Program-made: the position numbers and the translations under genes
The notes under the pieces: generated by a model
Seen by the model: only the letters and a program-made list of their open reading frames with translations
Told to the model about the DNA's origin: nothing
Databases searched by the model: none
Shown: positions 10,897 to 21,042 of the stretch, piece by piece
Numbering within the stretch: the stretch's first letter is position 1
Layout of the letters: each line of letters begins with the position of its first letter
NCBI GenBank assembly: GCA_000442015.1
Contig: KE560919.1
Span: 1 to 33,295 of the forward strand
DNA length: 33,295 bases
Direction of reading: 5' to 3'
DNA from: Rozella allomycis CSF55
Taxonomy: Eukaryota

Positions 10897-13800
10897 CTAG
10901 TCATCGTCATCTTCAATAGTAATTTTAGCTTTTCTTTTCTGAGATTTCATGATTGGCATTTCATTTTCTTTATCTTCTTCATTAAGTGACTCTTTGGTCA
11001 AATTTAGTTCATTCAATTTTGAATTCTCTGTCAAATTGGAATCATTAAATTCTTGACTTTTAAAAGTTTTCCTTCTCTTTTGTTTTAATTCAAGTAATAA
11101 TTCTTGAATTCTTTCTTGATCAACAATTTGTTCATTCTGATCATCGTTTTGACTAAAGACCATTTCATCAGTAGAATGTTTCTTGTTAGATTTAAAAGTA
11201 CCTTTAACACTCTTTCCACTCTTGTTCTTTTCTTCACTCTCTCTCCCTTCTACCTCACTGTCACCCTCAGCCCTTTCAACTTCTCCTTCATCTCCCTTTT
11301 CACCTTCTCCTTCAACTCCTTCTTTTCTCTTTTGCCTGTTGAGTTTTAATTGTTTTAATTTTTCCAATTTATTTTCCTTTTCAATTTCATGTTTATCTTT
11401 TAGTTGAGAAATGTAATTTTCAAATTCATCATTTTCAGAGTCAGAAGAAGAATAATTTAAATTGCTTAAAGATTGTTGGAATAAAGATTGATCAATTGAA
11501 CTCTTTGAACTCAAAATATAAAATGTTAATGGTTTATCTTCTGGTGGTTGAAATTGCTCAATTAGCGTTGAATTCAATATATCTACAATTTCTTGTGAAT
11601 TGAAATCTTGTGGGATTTTCCACAGTAGAGATTCATCATCTTATTTAAAGTGAATAGAATCTTTACCTTTGATTAAACCAATCAAGTCTAGCAAGAGATG
11701 AAAATATTTATTTGTAAACATTTTAAATTCTTTTTGATTCAAAGGTTTGAAATCTTGAGATTCATTGTTTGACAAGAATGATATCAATAGATTGATATAG
11801 TCAGTTTTATTCTTTTGAATTAAGATTGAAGCCACAATTTTAATCTGATCTATTTTAGAGAATTCAGGTGCCACGTATAGATCAAAAGAAGTATTTTTTT
11901 CATATTGCATTCTTGGATCTTTTCCAAGTGTGATATATTTAACATCATAAGATTGTTTTGGATATAAAATTTCCATAATGAGAATTGGATATTCAGAAAC
12001 TTTTTTCATAAAGATTTTAATAAAATAAGAAATAAATTTAAATAAATCTTTTTCTAATTTCATTTCAATCATTTTAAAAAAAGTTGATAGAATTGAAATC
12101 TTATAAAATACAGGGGTCATATTATGTTTAATTAAAAGTTTATGTAAAATTTTCAAACAAAATTCTTTTTCTTTTTTATCTAATATTTCTTTTCCATACA
12201 AAAGTCTCAAAATATTTAAAATTATTAATTCTTCTCCAAATTCCTAAATTTCAGAATCTAAAAATAGATTTTACAATTTCGAAATTTTCTAAATTTTCAT
12301 TTTTCATTCTTTTCAAAAGTTTCATAAAATTAAAAATCCCTCTCAAAATAATAGACAAGTATTGAACTGAAAATTTCATTCCATCTTTTAAAATTAAATA
12401 CAAAATTCTAAATACATTTCCCTCCAAAATTATATTCATCAATTCTTCTTCATTAATCAACTTTATCATCTCTGTCAAACTCTTCACTAAAATTTCAACT
12501 TGTTTCCACTTCTTTTCTTCAAACGATGATGCCAATTCATTCGCCAATGTTAAAATAAAACTTCTATTCAAAACACACTGAATCATTTCAGGCATCAAAT
12601 AAGGAGCATTAGTAGTAGTAGGGGGATTATCAACTACTTTATCACTCTCTTTATCAATTATATTCACTTTGAGCCCTTCACTGTTATTATCATCTTTATT
12701 ATTATGGTTTATATTTTCATCAACCATATCCACTCTATCTATATTCTCTTTATCTTCCACTCTATCATCTTTATTCTCTCCATTGTCCACTCTATCTTTA
12801 TTCTCCACTCTATCTTTAATTCTCTTAGTGGCTTCAACTTCATTGGATGATTCGTGATAGAATTTACAACAGAATGAAATAATATCATAAACTTTCTCAA
12901 CATCATCTTGACTCAAAAGATTATTCGTTTCAATCAATCTATTCGCTTTAGAAATTAATCCATTCATCCCACTTTCAATAAATCTCTTCTAATACCTTAA
13001 CTAAATTTACCTTTTCATAATCTTTTTTGTTATTTTTATTGTTTTAATATCCCCAGTTCTACTTGTATTGCAAAATGATGTCACAAGCTTTCTAGTCCCT
13101 TATCTTCCCACAATCAATCTTCTTTACCTTTAGGAATCGGCATTCTCACTTTCCCTCCACATTTCTTTTCTAAAATTTGTTTTCCATTATCAACCGCAAA
13201 TTCATTCGAATAAAACCTCGTATGTCTTGGCCTCAAATTAACCCTCTTCTCCTTTTGCTTCAATAAACTCAATTTATTAATAATTTCTTCCTTGTAAATC
13301 CCAATCGCACATTTATCTTTAATTATCCCATGAATAATCCCAATCATTATCGTTATCCACTGTGGATACTTTCCTTCATTCATCTCGCCGCAAATACTCA
13401 CAAATATTTCCACAAATCTACTTTGCTCCAACACCTGAATATATTTATCCTTTACATTTCATCTATTCCTCTTACATTAATCTCATCCTTTTGATGCTCA
13501 ATAACCATCAAATTTCTAATCAATGAAAGCACAAGCTGTAACATATTCTTATTCTCCTCATAATTCATCCTTTCTCCACACACTACACCCCCTTACTTGA
13601 ATAGTTTCGCAAAATACATAATCAACCTCTTCCATATCATCACATTACACATCGCTTGCTTATAATTCTGATGAATCTCCACAAAATTCACCCCCTCCTC
13701 CTCTATATTCCACGTCAACGGCACACATATCTCAACTAGTCTCCATTTCCTCATCTCCTTACCAAACAACTGACAATACACATCCTCTGTAGTATTCATC

Positions 13801-14045
13801 AGCATAGGCACCAAATGCTTCTCTATCACATTAAATTTTCCAAGCGTTTCAAACGAAAAATACTCGCGAGAATAATAGTCCTGCTTTAATAATCTCTTCA
13901 TGTCCTTCAAACAGTCCAAACTATTCTCGCCTGGAACAAACACTCCATTGTCTAAAACACCGATGCCAAGCGACAAGTTTAGCAACAGCGAGTGGATGAA
14001 CGGTTTAAGGCGTTCCTGCTTTTCCTCCTTTTCATTTTCATCCAT
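10897..14045 (-). CDS. TOF1: Timeless/Tof1/Swi1 replication-fork protection protein (7 introns of 26-31 nt)
   Basis: N-terminal FVPGENSLDCLKDMKRLLK, LGKFNVIEKHLVPML, LVEICVPLTW, LVLSLIRNLMVI and RHTRF match the Timeless N-terminal domain. ORF fragments join in frame through GT-AG mini-introns. Acidic/basic low-complexity C-terminus. Confidence 0.85.
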
Positions 14046-14224
14046 TTGCGAAATTTCAATGTTTAGGGTAAAGAAATGGCAAATCACCGTAAAATATGCA
14101 GTTAAAAATTCAACGAGATTTATTTCAATTCAATTATATCTCATTAATGATATCATAACGCCATTCCTATTGACACGNACGCCATTCCGATTGACACGAA
14201 AGTTTCTGATCAGTAAATTTCCGA

Positions 14225-15178
14225 ATGAAGTTCCAATCCATTTCATCTCTATTTCTTCTCTTTCTATTCCATCTTTCCCCTTCTTTTTGCTCTTACGGTG
14301 ACAACCAAGAAAGTTTTCGCAGATGCACCCAGTCTTGCCTAAACACTCTATGTCCAGAAAATGAACAATCAAAATCACATCTCAGTTTCTCTCTCAGATT
14401 GCTGCAATGGACATGTCTGGATGACTGCAAGTACCGATGCATGATCAATCAAACTGAAAACGACCTCAAACAAAATAACAGAATACACCAGTATTTTGGG
14501 AAATGGCCGTTTTATCGCATCTTTGGAATGCAGGAATTTGCATCCGTTCTATTCTCTATTGGAAATCTAATCGTGCATTACAGAGGATTCATCATTCTTC
14601 GTTCGTCAATGTCGAATCGTTACTACATGAAACCTTTCTATTTAGTAAACTCTCTTCTTAACATGAACTGCTGGGTTTGGTCAACCATCTTTCATGCTCG
14701 AGATACACCAAGAACTGAACGAATGGACTATTTTTCGGCTGTGTTGATTATAGTATATGGCGTATACTACATGCTACTCAGAATGCTTCAAGCAGATACT
14801 CGCAAAAAGCAGCTATTGTTTGGAATACCATGCTTTGTATATTACATTTTTCATATTTTGTACTGCACGAGAAATCCTAGATTTGACTACTCTTACAATG
14901 TCATCTCTGGCACTATATTCGCAGTTACATTCCAGCTTACATATTTTATTTGGGGATTGCGAAACTTGGACAAACCTTATGCTAAATTGGCAATAGCATT
15001 TACATTTTTGGGAACTTTGGTCATGGGCTTTGAAATATTTGATTTTCCGCCTTATAATTTACTAATTGACGCTCATTCGCTATGGCATCTTTCAACGATT
15101 CCTCTTGTGTCGCTTTGGTATCGATTTTTATTGCAAGATGGAAGATATGAGGCTTTAAGGAGAAAGCAGCTGTTATAA
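14225..15178 (+). CDS. PER1: Per1/PGAP3 GPI lipid-remodelling protein
   Basis: Signal peptide, SYGD, WTCLDDCKYRCM, QYFGKWPFYRIFGMQEFASVLFS, WSTIFHARD, DFPP..LIDAHSLWH; intronless. Confidence 0.95.
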   Translation: MKFQSISSLFLLFLFHLSPSFCSYGDNQESFRRCTQSCLNTLCPENEQSKSHLSFSLRLLQWTCLDDCKYRCMINQTENDLKQNNRIHQYFGKWPFYRIFGMQEFASVLFSIGNLIVHYRGFIILRSSMSNRYYMKPFYLVNSLLNMNCWVWSTIFHARDTPRTERMDYFSAVLIIVYGVYYMLLRMLQADTRKKQLLFGIPCFVYYIFHILYCTRNPRFDYSYNVISGTIFAVTFQLTYFIWGLRNLDKPYAKLAIAFTFLGTLVMGFEIFDFPPYNLLIDAHSLWHLSTIPLVSLWYRFLLQDGRYEALRRKQLL

Positions 15179-15198
15179 CGCAACAAAAATAAATTTAT

Positions 15199-16256
15199 TT
15201 ATTGGCATGAATGAAATAAAATGTCTCCATTGTGAGAGACTGAAACTGTCTTTGATCCCTGCTCATTAAACGCGACTCCCCAAACTTGATTCGTGTGGTC
15301 TTCAATAACATGAAGGCATTGGCGGTTGACTAGATCCCAAACTCTTATTTTCCTGTCACTCGAAGCTGAGGCTAAATAATTTAAGGTTGGATTCACATCT
15401 ATACTAAACACTGATCCAGTATGTCCACTTAACATCGCCAAGGTATTTCCATGCACCCTTCCTTCCAATTAACGTGATTAAACTTACGCGTCATAAAAGT
15501 GAATCTTTTTGTTATCGCCTGAGGAAATGATTGTCTTTGAATCATTTGTGAATTTCACACATCTCACTGTAGATCCATGACCTCGTTTGTAATATTTATT
15601 TTACTTACCTGAAAATGAATTTAACAATTTTCCGGAAGCGACATCGATCACAAATACATGTCCTGTTTCAGACCCTACACCCAAATACATTCCATTTGGA
15701 CTCTTTATCAAATCAATCAAACCTATTTACAAATTTCATCGCGGTGATAAACTTTCCTTTAGTTTCAATAACAGCTTCTGAATTTTGAAGCTCATTTGAC
15801 CAAAATGTTATTTTGCCTTGATAATTGCCAGTTGCAACAAGTTGTCCATTTGGAGAAATTGCAGCACACCATGCTTCGACTGGCCCAAGTTCGGCAGTCT
15901 TGATAGGGAGCAAATTCTGAGTATCCCATAATTTCAATTGGTGATCCAAAGATGTAGATACAGCCACTAAGCTGAAATCCTTTCAAACACATTTACAAGT
16001 AGAACTGATTGCACAATCAAGACTTGATGTTCCCAGATTGTGTCCCTGTAAAGCACTAAGCATCTCATAATTCTCACCATTCCTATGTTAAAGTTTCTCT
16101 TATTTTACCAGCACATTATTTGGCCATCAACAGATCCAGTCAAAATTCTATTTGATTTGTAATTCCAGCAGCAGTTCCATATCGAGTCTTTGTGTGCGTT
16201 TTTTATCGTATGCAAAGAAGCAAACTAGAGACAGATTTACGGCTCAAAATTACCAT
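15199..16256 (-). CDS. SKI8: WD40 protein Ski8/WDR61/Rec14 (6 introns; first coding exon is ATG alone)
   Basis: Spliced start M-FASLHTIKNAHKDSIWNCCW, LTGSVDG, GHNLG, STSLD, ELGPVEAW, GKF, LSGHTGSVFSI, SASSDRKIRVWD, HTNQVWGVAF match WDR61. Confidence 0.88.
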
Positions 16257-16332
16257 AATTCTATGGGCTTGTAATACAGAAATTTACGAATTGCAGCTAT
16301 GGTAAAGTCATATAGCATAAATTAAAAAGAAC

Positions 16333-16796
16333 ATGTTTACTGACTTTTCCTTGGCTCCAAATAGAAATGAAACTAAAGTAGAGATAAATGGGCCATACGG
16401 TGTACATGACACTCTTCGCCAAGGCTTTAAATCGGTCAGAAAAGAGTTTACAGCTGGTCATCCACTTGAGCCCGTGCTATCATCTGTAAGAATATTTTTA
16501 ATTACTAGATTAGAAATTGGAGACTGAAAACAAGATCAAATTATCGATGATGAGGAATAACTATGGACTTCACATGCCATTAAGACATATAATGGAACAA
16601 AAGATTGTTGGAATGCCAAAAAGGTTACCAGTTTTAAAGTCTAGTTCAATTGCAATGGATACTCTTTTAGGAAAGGATGAAACAATTGACGTTGAAGACT
16701 TTATGGGAGGTAAGATTATTGGGGTCTTTTATACAAGATGTTGAATTTCAACTTGCGTCCCACAATGTTCATGAAGTTATGGATTCAATGTTTTAA
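16333..16796 (+). CDS. UMP1: Proteasome maturation factor Ump1/POMP (2 introns)
   Basis: GVHDTLRQG, HPLE, RNNYGLHMPLR..ME, DTLLGKDETIDVEDF, terminal VHEVMDSMF. Confidence 0.93.
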
Positions 16797-16830
16797 ATAA
16801 AAATACAATGTGATTTTAAAAATATTGATT

Positions 16831-18903
16831 TTAACATTTATTGTTTGCATGATCGATGAATGCATAAAGGACAGAGTGTTCACTAGAAAAATGCCCTTCT
16901 GGATTAATTTTCAGGTATAGCTTTTTCTTCCATCCTTTTGGGAGATGGTGTCTTAATTTGGCAACCATTTTAGATGGTTCATAATAACCAACTCTTGAAT
17001 CTTTTAAGCCGGCTGTAAAAATAACGTTTGGAAAGTGTGAAGAAGGCAATTTATTATACGGAGAAAATCTTAAAAATTCATTGAAAATATCTTGATTATG
17101 TGGATTACCCCATTCTTCATATTCATAGATCGTCCAGGGCGTATTAATATCAATCATGTCACCTACTACATCAAGAAAAGGAACCTGAAGGATTGCAGTA
17201 TTAAATAAGTGAGGATATTGAAATAGCATTGCGCCGATAACCAAACCCCCTGCACTACGCCCTTGAATTACAATTTGTTCAGGCAAAGCCCAATTATTTG
17301 TTGAAAAATATTTCAAGACTGTCGCAAAATCATGAAAAGAGTTTTGTTTGTTTAAAAATTTACCATCCAAGTACCAATTATAGCCAAGGTCAGCGTCACC
17401 TCGAACATGAGCTATTATTATTGTGAAACCTTTATCAAGCAAGGGATACCAATTAATTTTGAATGAAGTTTCAATCATTCCACCATAAGCACCGTAAGCA
17501 TAAGCTAATAATGGTTTCCTGTACGGCTGGGATTTTCCTTTGTAAATAATAGAGACTGGTATTGAATTAATGAAAATCTTTTTTGATGAATAATCTTTAA
17601 AATTTATTAAAGAATTCGTTTCTTCTTCAACCAGTTCAAGACTTTGTTTAACAAAATGAATTCTAAAGATTTTGGATGGTTCATTAAATGAAGAATAAAT
17701 GAATGAAAAATAGTTATCATTAAAATTTCTATAAACTCTTTCTTCTTCGTCTTCAATTGCGTAAGGCATTAATGAATAAGGAAAAACTTTTGGTTTAAAA
17801 GGCATTACAACTTTAAATTCATCATTAGATTCATTTGGAAGCAAAAAGAGAAAATTCTTGGAACCTTTTTCCCAAAACCAAATCACAATCGCTTTATTGA
17901 AACTTTCAATTCTGGTCAAATATTTATTCGAGTGTTTTAATATGACTTTTGCTTTTTGTTTGTGAAAATCTTCAATTCCATTTAAAAGCAAAAGTTCGTT
18001 ATTTGGATGTTTTTCATCACCATAAAGTATTAAAAATTTATTGTTCCAATGTTCAACGTTAAAGCGAACATTTCTCTCCCTTTGACGAAATCTGAGTAGC
18101 CGGTCATTCCCATCTAAAATAATCACCTCTTTTGTTATTTGCCCAACAATTTCAATTGTTAGATACTTTCTATCATTTGTAGAACCAACTGCAACTGTCA
18201 AACTTTCATCTTCTTCATAATACAATAGTTCTTTTCTTTGCATTTCAACATCAATTTTAAAAATCTTTCGCGGTAAGCCCTTTTCATCCACAGAAGATGC
18301 AATAAGAAAATTATTTGCATCCCATCGTGCACTGTAATAAAATGATATTTCAGCGTCAATCAATTTGTAATTCTTAGAAATCATATCCACTACGCACAGA
18401 CGAAACCTCTCACTTCCATCCTCATCATAAGCAAATGCTAAATATCTTGAATCTAGGCTTATTTCAAAAAAGCCTACATTAAAGTATGACATATATTTTG
18501 AAAACAATGATAAATTAAATATCTCCTCAATGATATCCTCTTTCCTTCTATAAAACGCATTTTCGCCAGAAGAATTATGATTCTCGTAATATGTCCATCC
18601 ATCAATAACAACAGTTCTATGAATATAGACATGATGATCCTTTAACTTTGACAATTCAGCACGATAACTTTCAATTATGGATTCGCACGGTTTAATAAAC
18701 TTATCTTTTGTATAATTAGATTCTTCCGTTATGTACTTCATAGTTCTGCTATCGTTAAATTTCAACCATTCATAGTAATCAACAATTTTGTGTCCTTCAA
18801 ACAAAATCTCCGTTCTTATTCTCTCAGCTTTAGGCATTGATATGGTATAACAACTTTCCAGTAGGTAAAATATTAGAATAATTTGCACTAGCATTGCGAA
18901 CAT
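16831..18903 (-). CDS. Oligopeptidase B (peptidase S9A, PtrB-like) with apparent N-terminal signal peptide; intronless (ORF open to 18981)
   Basis: DYYEWL, DEDGSERF, YAYGAYG, AHVRG, GRSAGG nucleophile, VPFLDV, EYEEWGNP, DSRV and GH catalytic motifs. Hydrophobic MFAMLVQIILIFYLLESCYT start. Confidence 0.92.
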   Translation of the reverse strand: MFAMLVQIILIFYLLESCYTISMPKAERIRTEILFEGHKIVDYYEWLKFNDSRTMKYITEESNYTKDKFIKPCESIIESYRAELSKLKDHHVYIHRTVVIDGWTYYENHNSSGENAFYRRKEDIIEEIFNLSLFSKYMSYFNVGFFEISLDSRYLAFAYDEDGSERFRLCVVDMISKNYKLIDAEISFYYSARWDANNFLIASSVDEKGLPRKIFKIDVEMQRKELLYYEEDESLTVAVGSTNDRKYLTIEIVGQITKEVIILDGNDRLLRFRQRERNVRFNVEHWNNKFLILYGDEKHPNNELLLLNGIEDFHKQKAKVILKHSNKYLTRIESFNKAIVIWFWEKGSKNFLFLLPNESNDEFKVVMPFKPKVFPYSLMPYAIEDEEERVYRNFNDNYFSFIYSSFNEPSKIFRIHFVKQSLELVEEETNSLINFKDYSSKKIFINSIPVSIIYKGKSQPYRKPLLAYAYGAYGGMIETSFKINWYPLLDKGFTIIIAHVRGDADLGYNWYLDGKFLNKQNSFHDFATVLKYFSTNNWALPEQIVIQGRSAGGLVIGAMLFQYPHLFNTAILQVPFLDVVGDMIDINTPWTIYEYEEWGNPHNQDIFNEFLRFSPYNKLPSSHFPNVIFTAGLKDSRVGYYEPSKMVAKLRHHLPKGWKKKLYLKINPEGHFSSEHSVLYAFIDHANNKC

Positions 18904-19249
18904 AAAGATAATTTTCCTTTTTTGTAAATGCATGAAAAAAATTCCGTGCACATGAAAAGGAAAAATTATTTCATAATTCAATGATTCAATGACATGGAAA
19001 TCTATTTTCTATTCACTTCACAAATAACATAACTAGTCATGCTAAATGGAATAAATAATGAAATTGGAAATGAACAATTCTTTACGAAATGTGGCGGCCT
19101 TGATTTCCTTGCATGCAACCACATCATTTCAGTTTACTAATTACGTTATTGTTTTAACAATAAGGTATATTTTTGAGTCATCTGAGCACATACATTTACG
19201 TTATGCCTGATGTGCGTATTTCTAAATCTAGATTAGATTTCAATATTTC

Positions 19250-20555
19250 ATGTTACGAAACTTTGATAGATTTTGCCTTGCTCTGCATGGAATTTTATCC
19301 ATTCTTATCATTTTAAAGGTTTCATACACCGAAATAGATTATTCCACTTATCTGCAACAAGCCAAACTCTTCTGGGAAGGTGAACGAAACTATTCCAAAA
19401 TCCTTGGTGATTCAGGACCTTGTGTATATCCTGCTGTACATTTATATATCTTTTCTGTTATATACTTCATAGGTTCTTTCCTGGAAGAACAATACAGATT
19501 GTTATTCGGGCAATTGCTATGGATGATTATTTCAATTGCAACAGTCAAAATAGTTTTTTCTATTTACAATTCTTTATACAAGTAGAGTATGTCAATTCCA
19601 TTTATAAGGAATACGTCAAAGTTAGACGCCGCGCTTAAACTAATGCTGATATTGTCTAAGAGAACTCATTCTATTTACGTATTGCGAATGTTTAATGATC
19701 CTATAGCAATGATTTTCTTTTGGCAAAGCGTCCAAGCACTATTGGAAAATAATTTAATTGTGTCTGCTTTATCTTTAAGGTATCTGGTACTTTTTAAAGA
19801 GAAAGCCTTGCCTTAGGTGTTAAGATGAATATTCTTTTATCTTTTCCGGGAATATTCGTAGCATTATATGTTACAAAAGGGTTTAGAAAAACATTTTTTT
19901 ACTTTACAATCGTTGGAGCTTTTCAGTTACTAGTCGCGATCCCATTTCTTGCAACATTTCCTTTGGAATACTCTTCAAATGCTTTTAATTTCAAACGAAA
20001 GTAATTTTTGTATGAATTCTTGAGAGATTTCTTTACGAATGGACTGTTAACTGGAAATTCCTTCCAGAAAATGTGTTTCTCAGCCCTTCCTTCTCAATGT
20101 TACTTCTGATTTTACATTTATTAGTTTTGATCATTTTTATTTCTCTATTCTTATTGTAAGACCATTTCCTTGTGTGAATAGTAAAAAGAAAGGTGTGCAT
20201 CCATGGAAATTGATGAGATTGAGTGCTGTAGGACTATCCAAGAAAGACACACTTGATTTGATTTTAGTCTCAACTTTCATAGGTATTTTATTTTCTAGAA
20301 CACTGCATTATCAATTTTATTCTTGGTATTTTACAATGTTACCGTTCCTTCTACGAGACTATTACCTGTAAGAAACTTTACTGAAATCAAATTAGCTGGT
20401 GTTTATACCCAATTATTGAATGGGTATGGAATGTTTATCCCACTTCAGAAATATCTTCTTTTGTCTTGTTATGCTCACATTTAATGATCGTGGTAGTTCA
20501 ATTTATGAAGGTATTGAGAAATCACTACCCAAAGAAAAACAATAAATTGCATTGA
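19250..20555 (+). CDS. ALG3: Dol-P-Man:Man5GlcNAc2-PP-Dol alpha-1,3-mannosyltransferase (5 introns)
   Basis: KVSYTEIDY, GDSGPCVYPA, SKRTHSIYVLRMFND, SLALGVKMN, FLYEWTVNWKF, FSRTLHYQFYSWY, EWVWNVYP. Confidence 0.95.
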
Positions 20556-20610
20556 ATTTTTTTTGAAAAGGCATTAAAATCCATCAAAGAATTTAATGAT
20601 CAAGGACTAT

Positions 20611-20889
20611 TCATTTATTTTTGTCATCGTCGATAGCGTCTAGAAAGTCATCAGAAATATAGTCCAGATCAAATAGCACTTCTGGAGTTTGGCCATCAGG
20701 AAATGCGACACGGAAATCTTCTTCGGATGCGTGAACTCCAGGAAATGATTGTACTATATCAGCCTCCACTGCTTGACCTGGCACTTCGCTAGTTGTTTTC
20801 AAGTCAGCATTGTTGGTATCAGCAGGATCAGCATATGCAATATTTTGAAGAATAATTAAGCATATAATCGTTTTGTAGAGTAAATGCAT
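20611..20889 (-). CDS. Small acidic secreted protein of unknown function (92 aa)
   Basis: Intact ORF filling the gap between genes. Signal peptide ending AYA|DP; Asp/Glu-rich mature part; no recognisable family. Confidence 0.65.
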   Translation of the reverse strand: MHLLYKTIICLIILQNIAYADPADTNNADLKTTSEVPGQAVEADIVQSFPGVHASEEDFRVAFPDGQTPEVLFDLDYISDDFLDAIDDDKNK

Positions 20890-21042
20890 TGATTAAGGAG
20901 TTTAGGATTCGGAGTATTTTATCGACCGCCAATAACATTTGTTTTACTTAAGAGATGACAATGCAGTGGAATTTCACTTCTCGGGAACATATTTTCCAAG
21001 TCTAAATTCATAATTGAAATACAAAATACAATTTTATTGACG

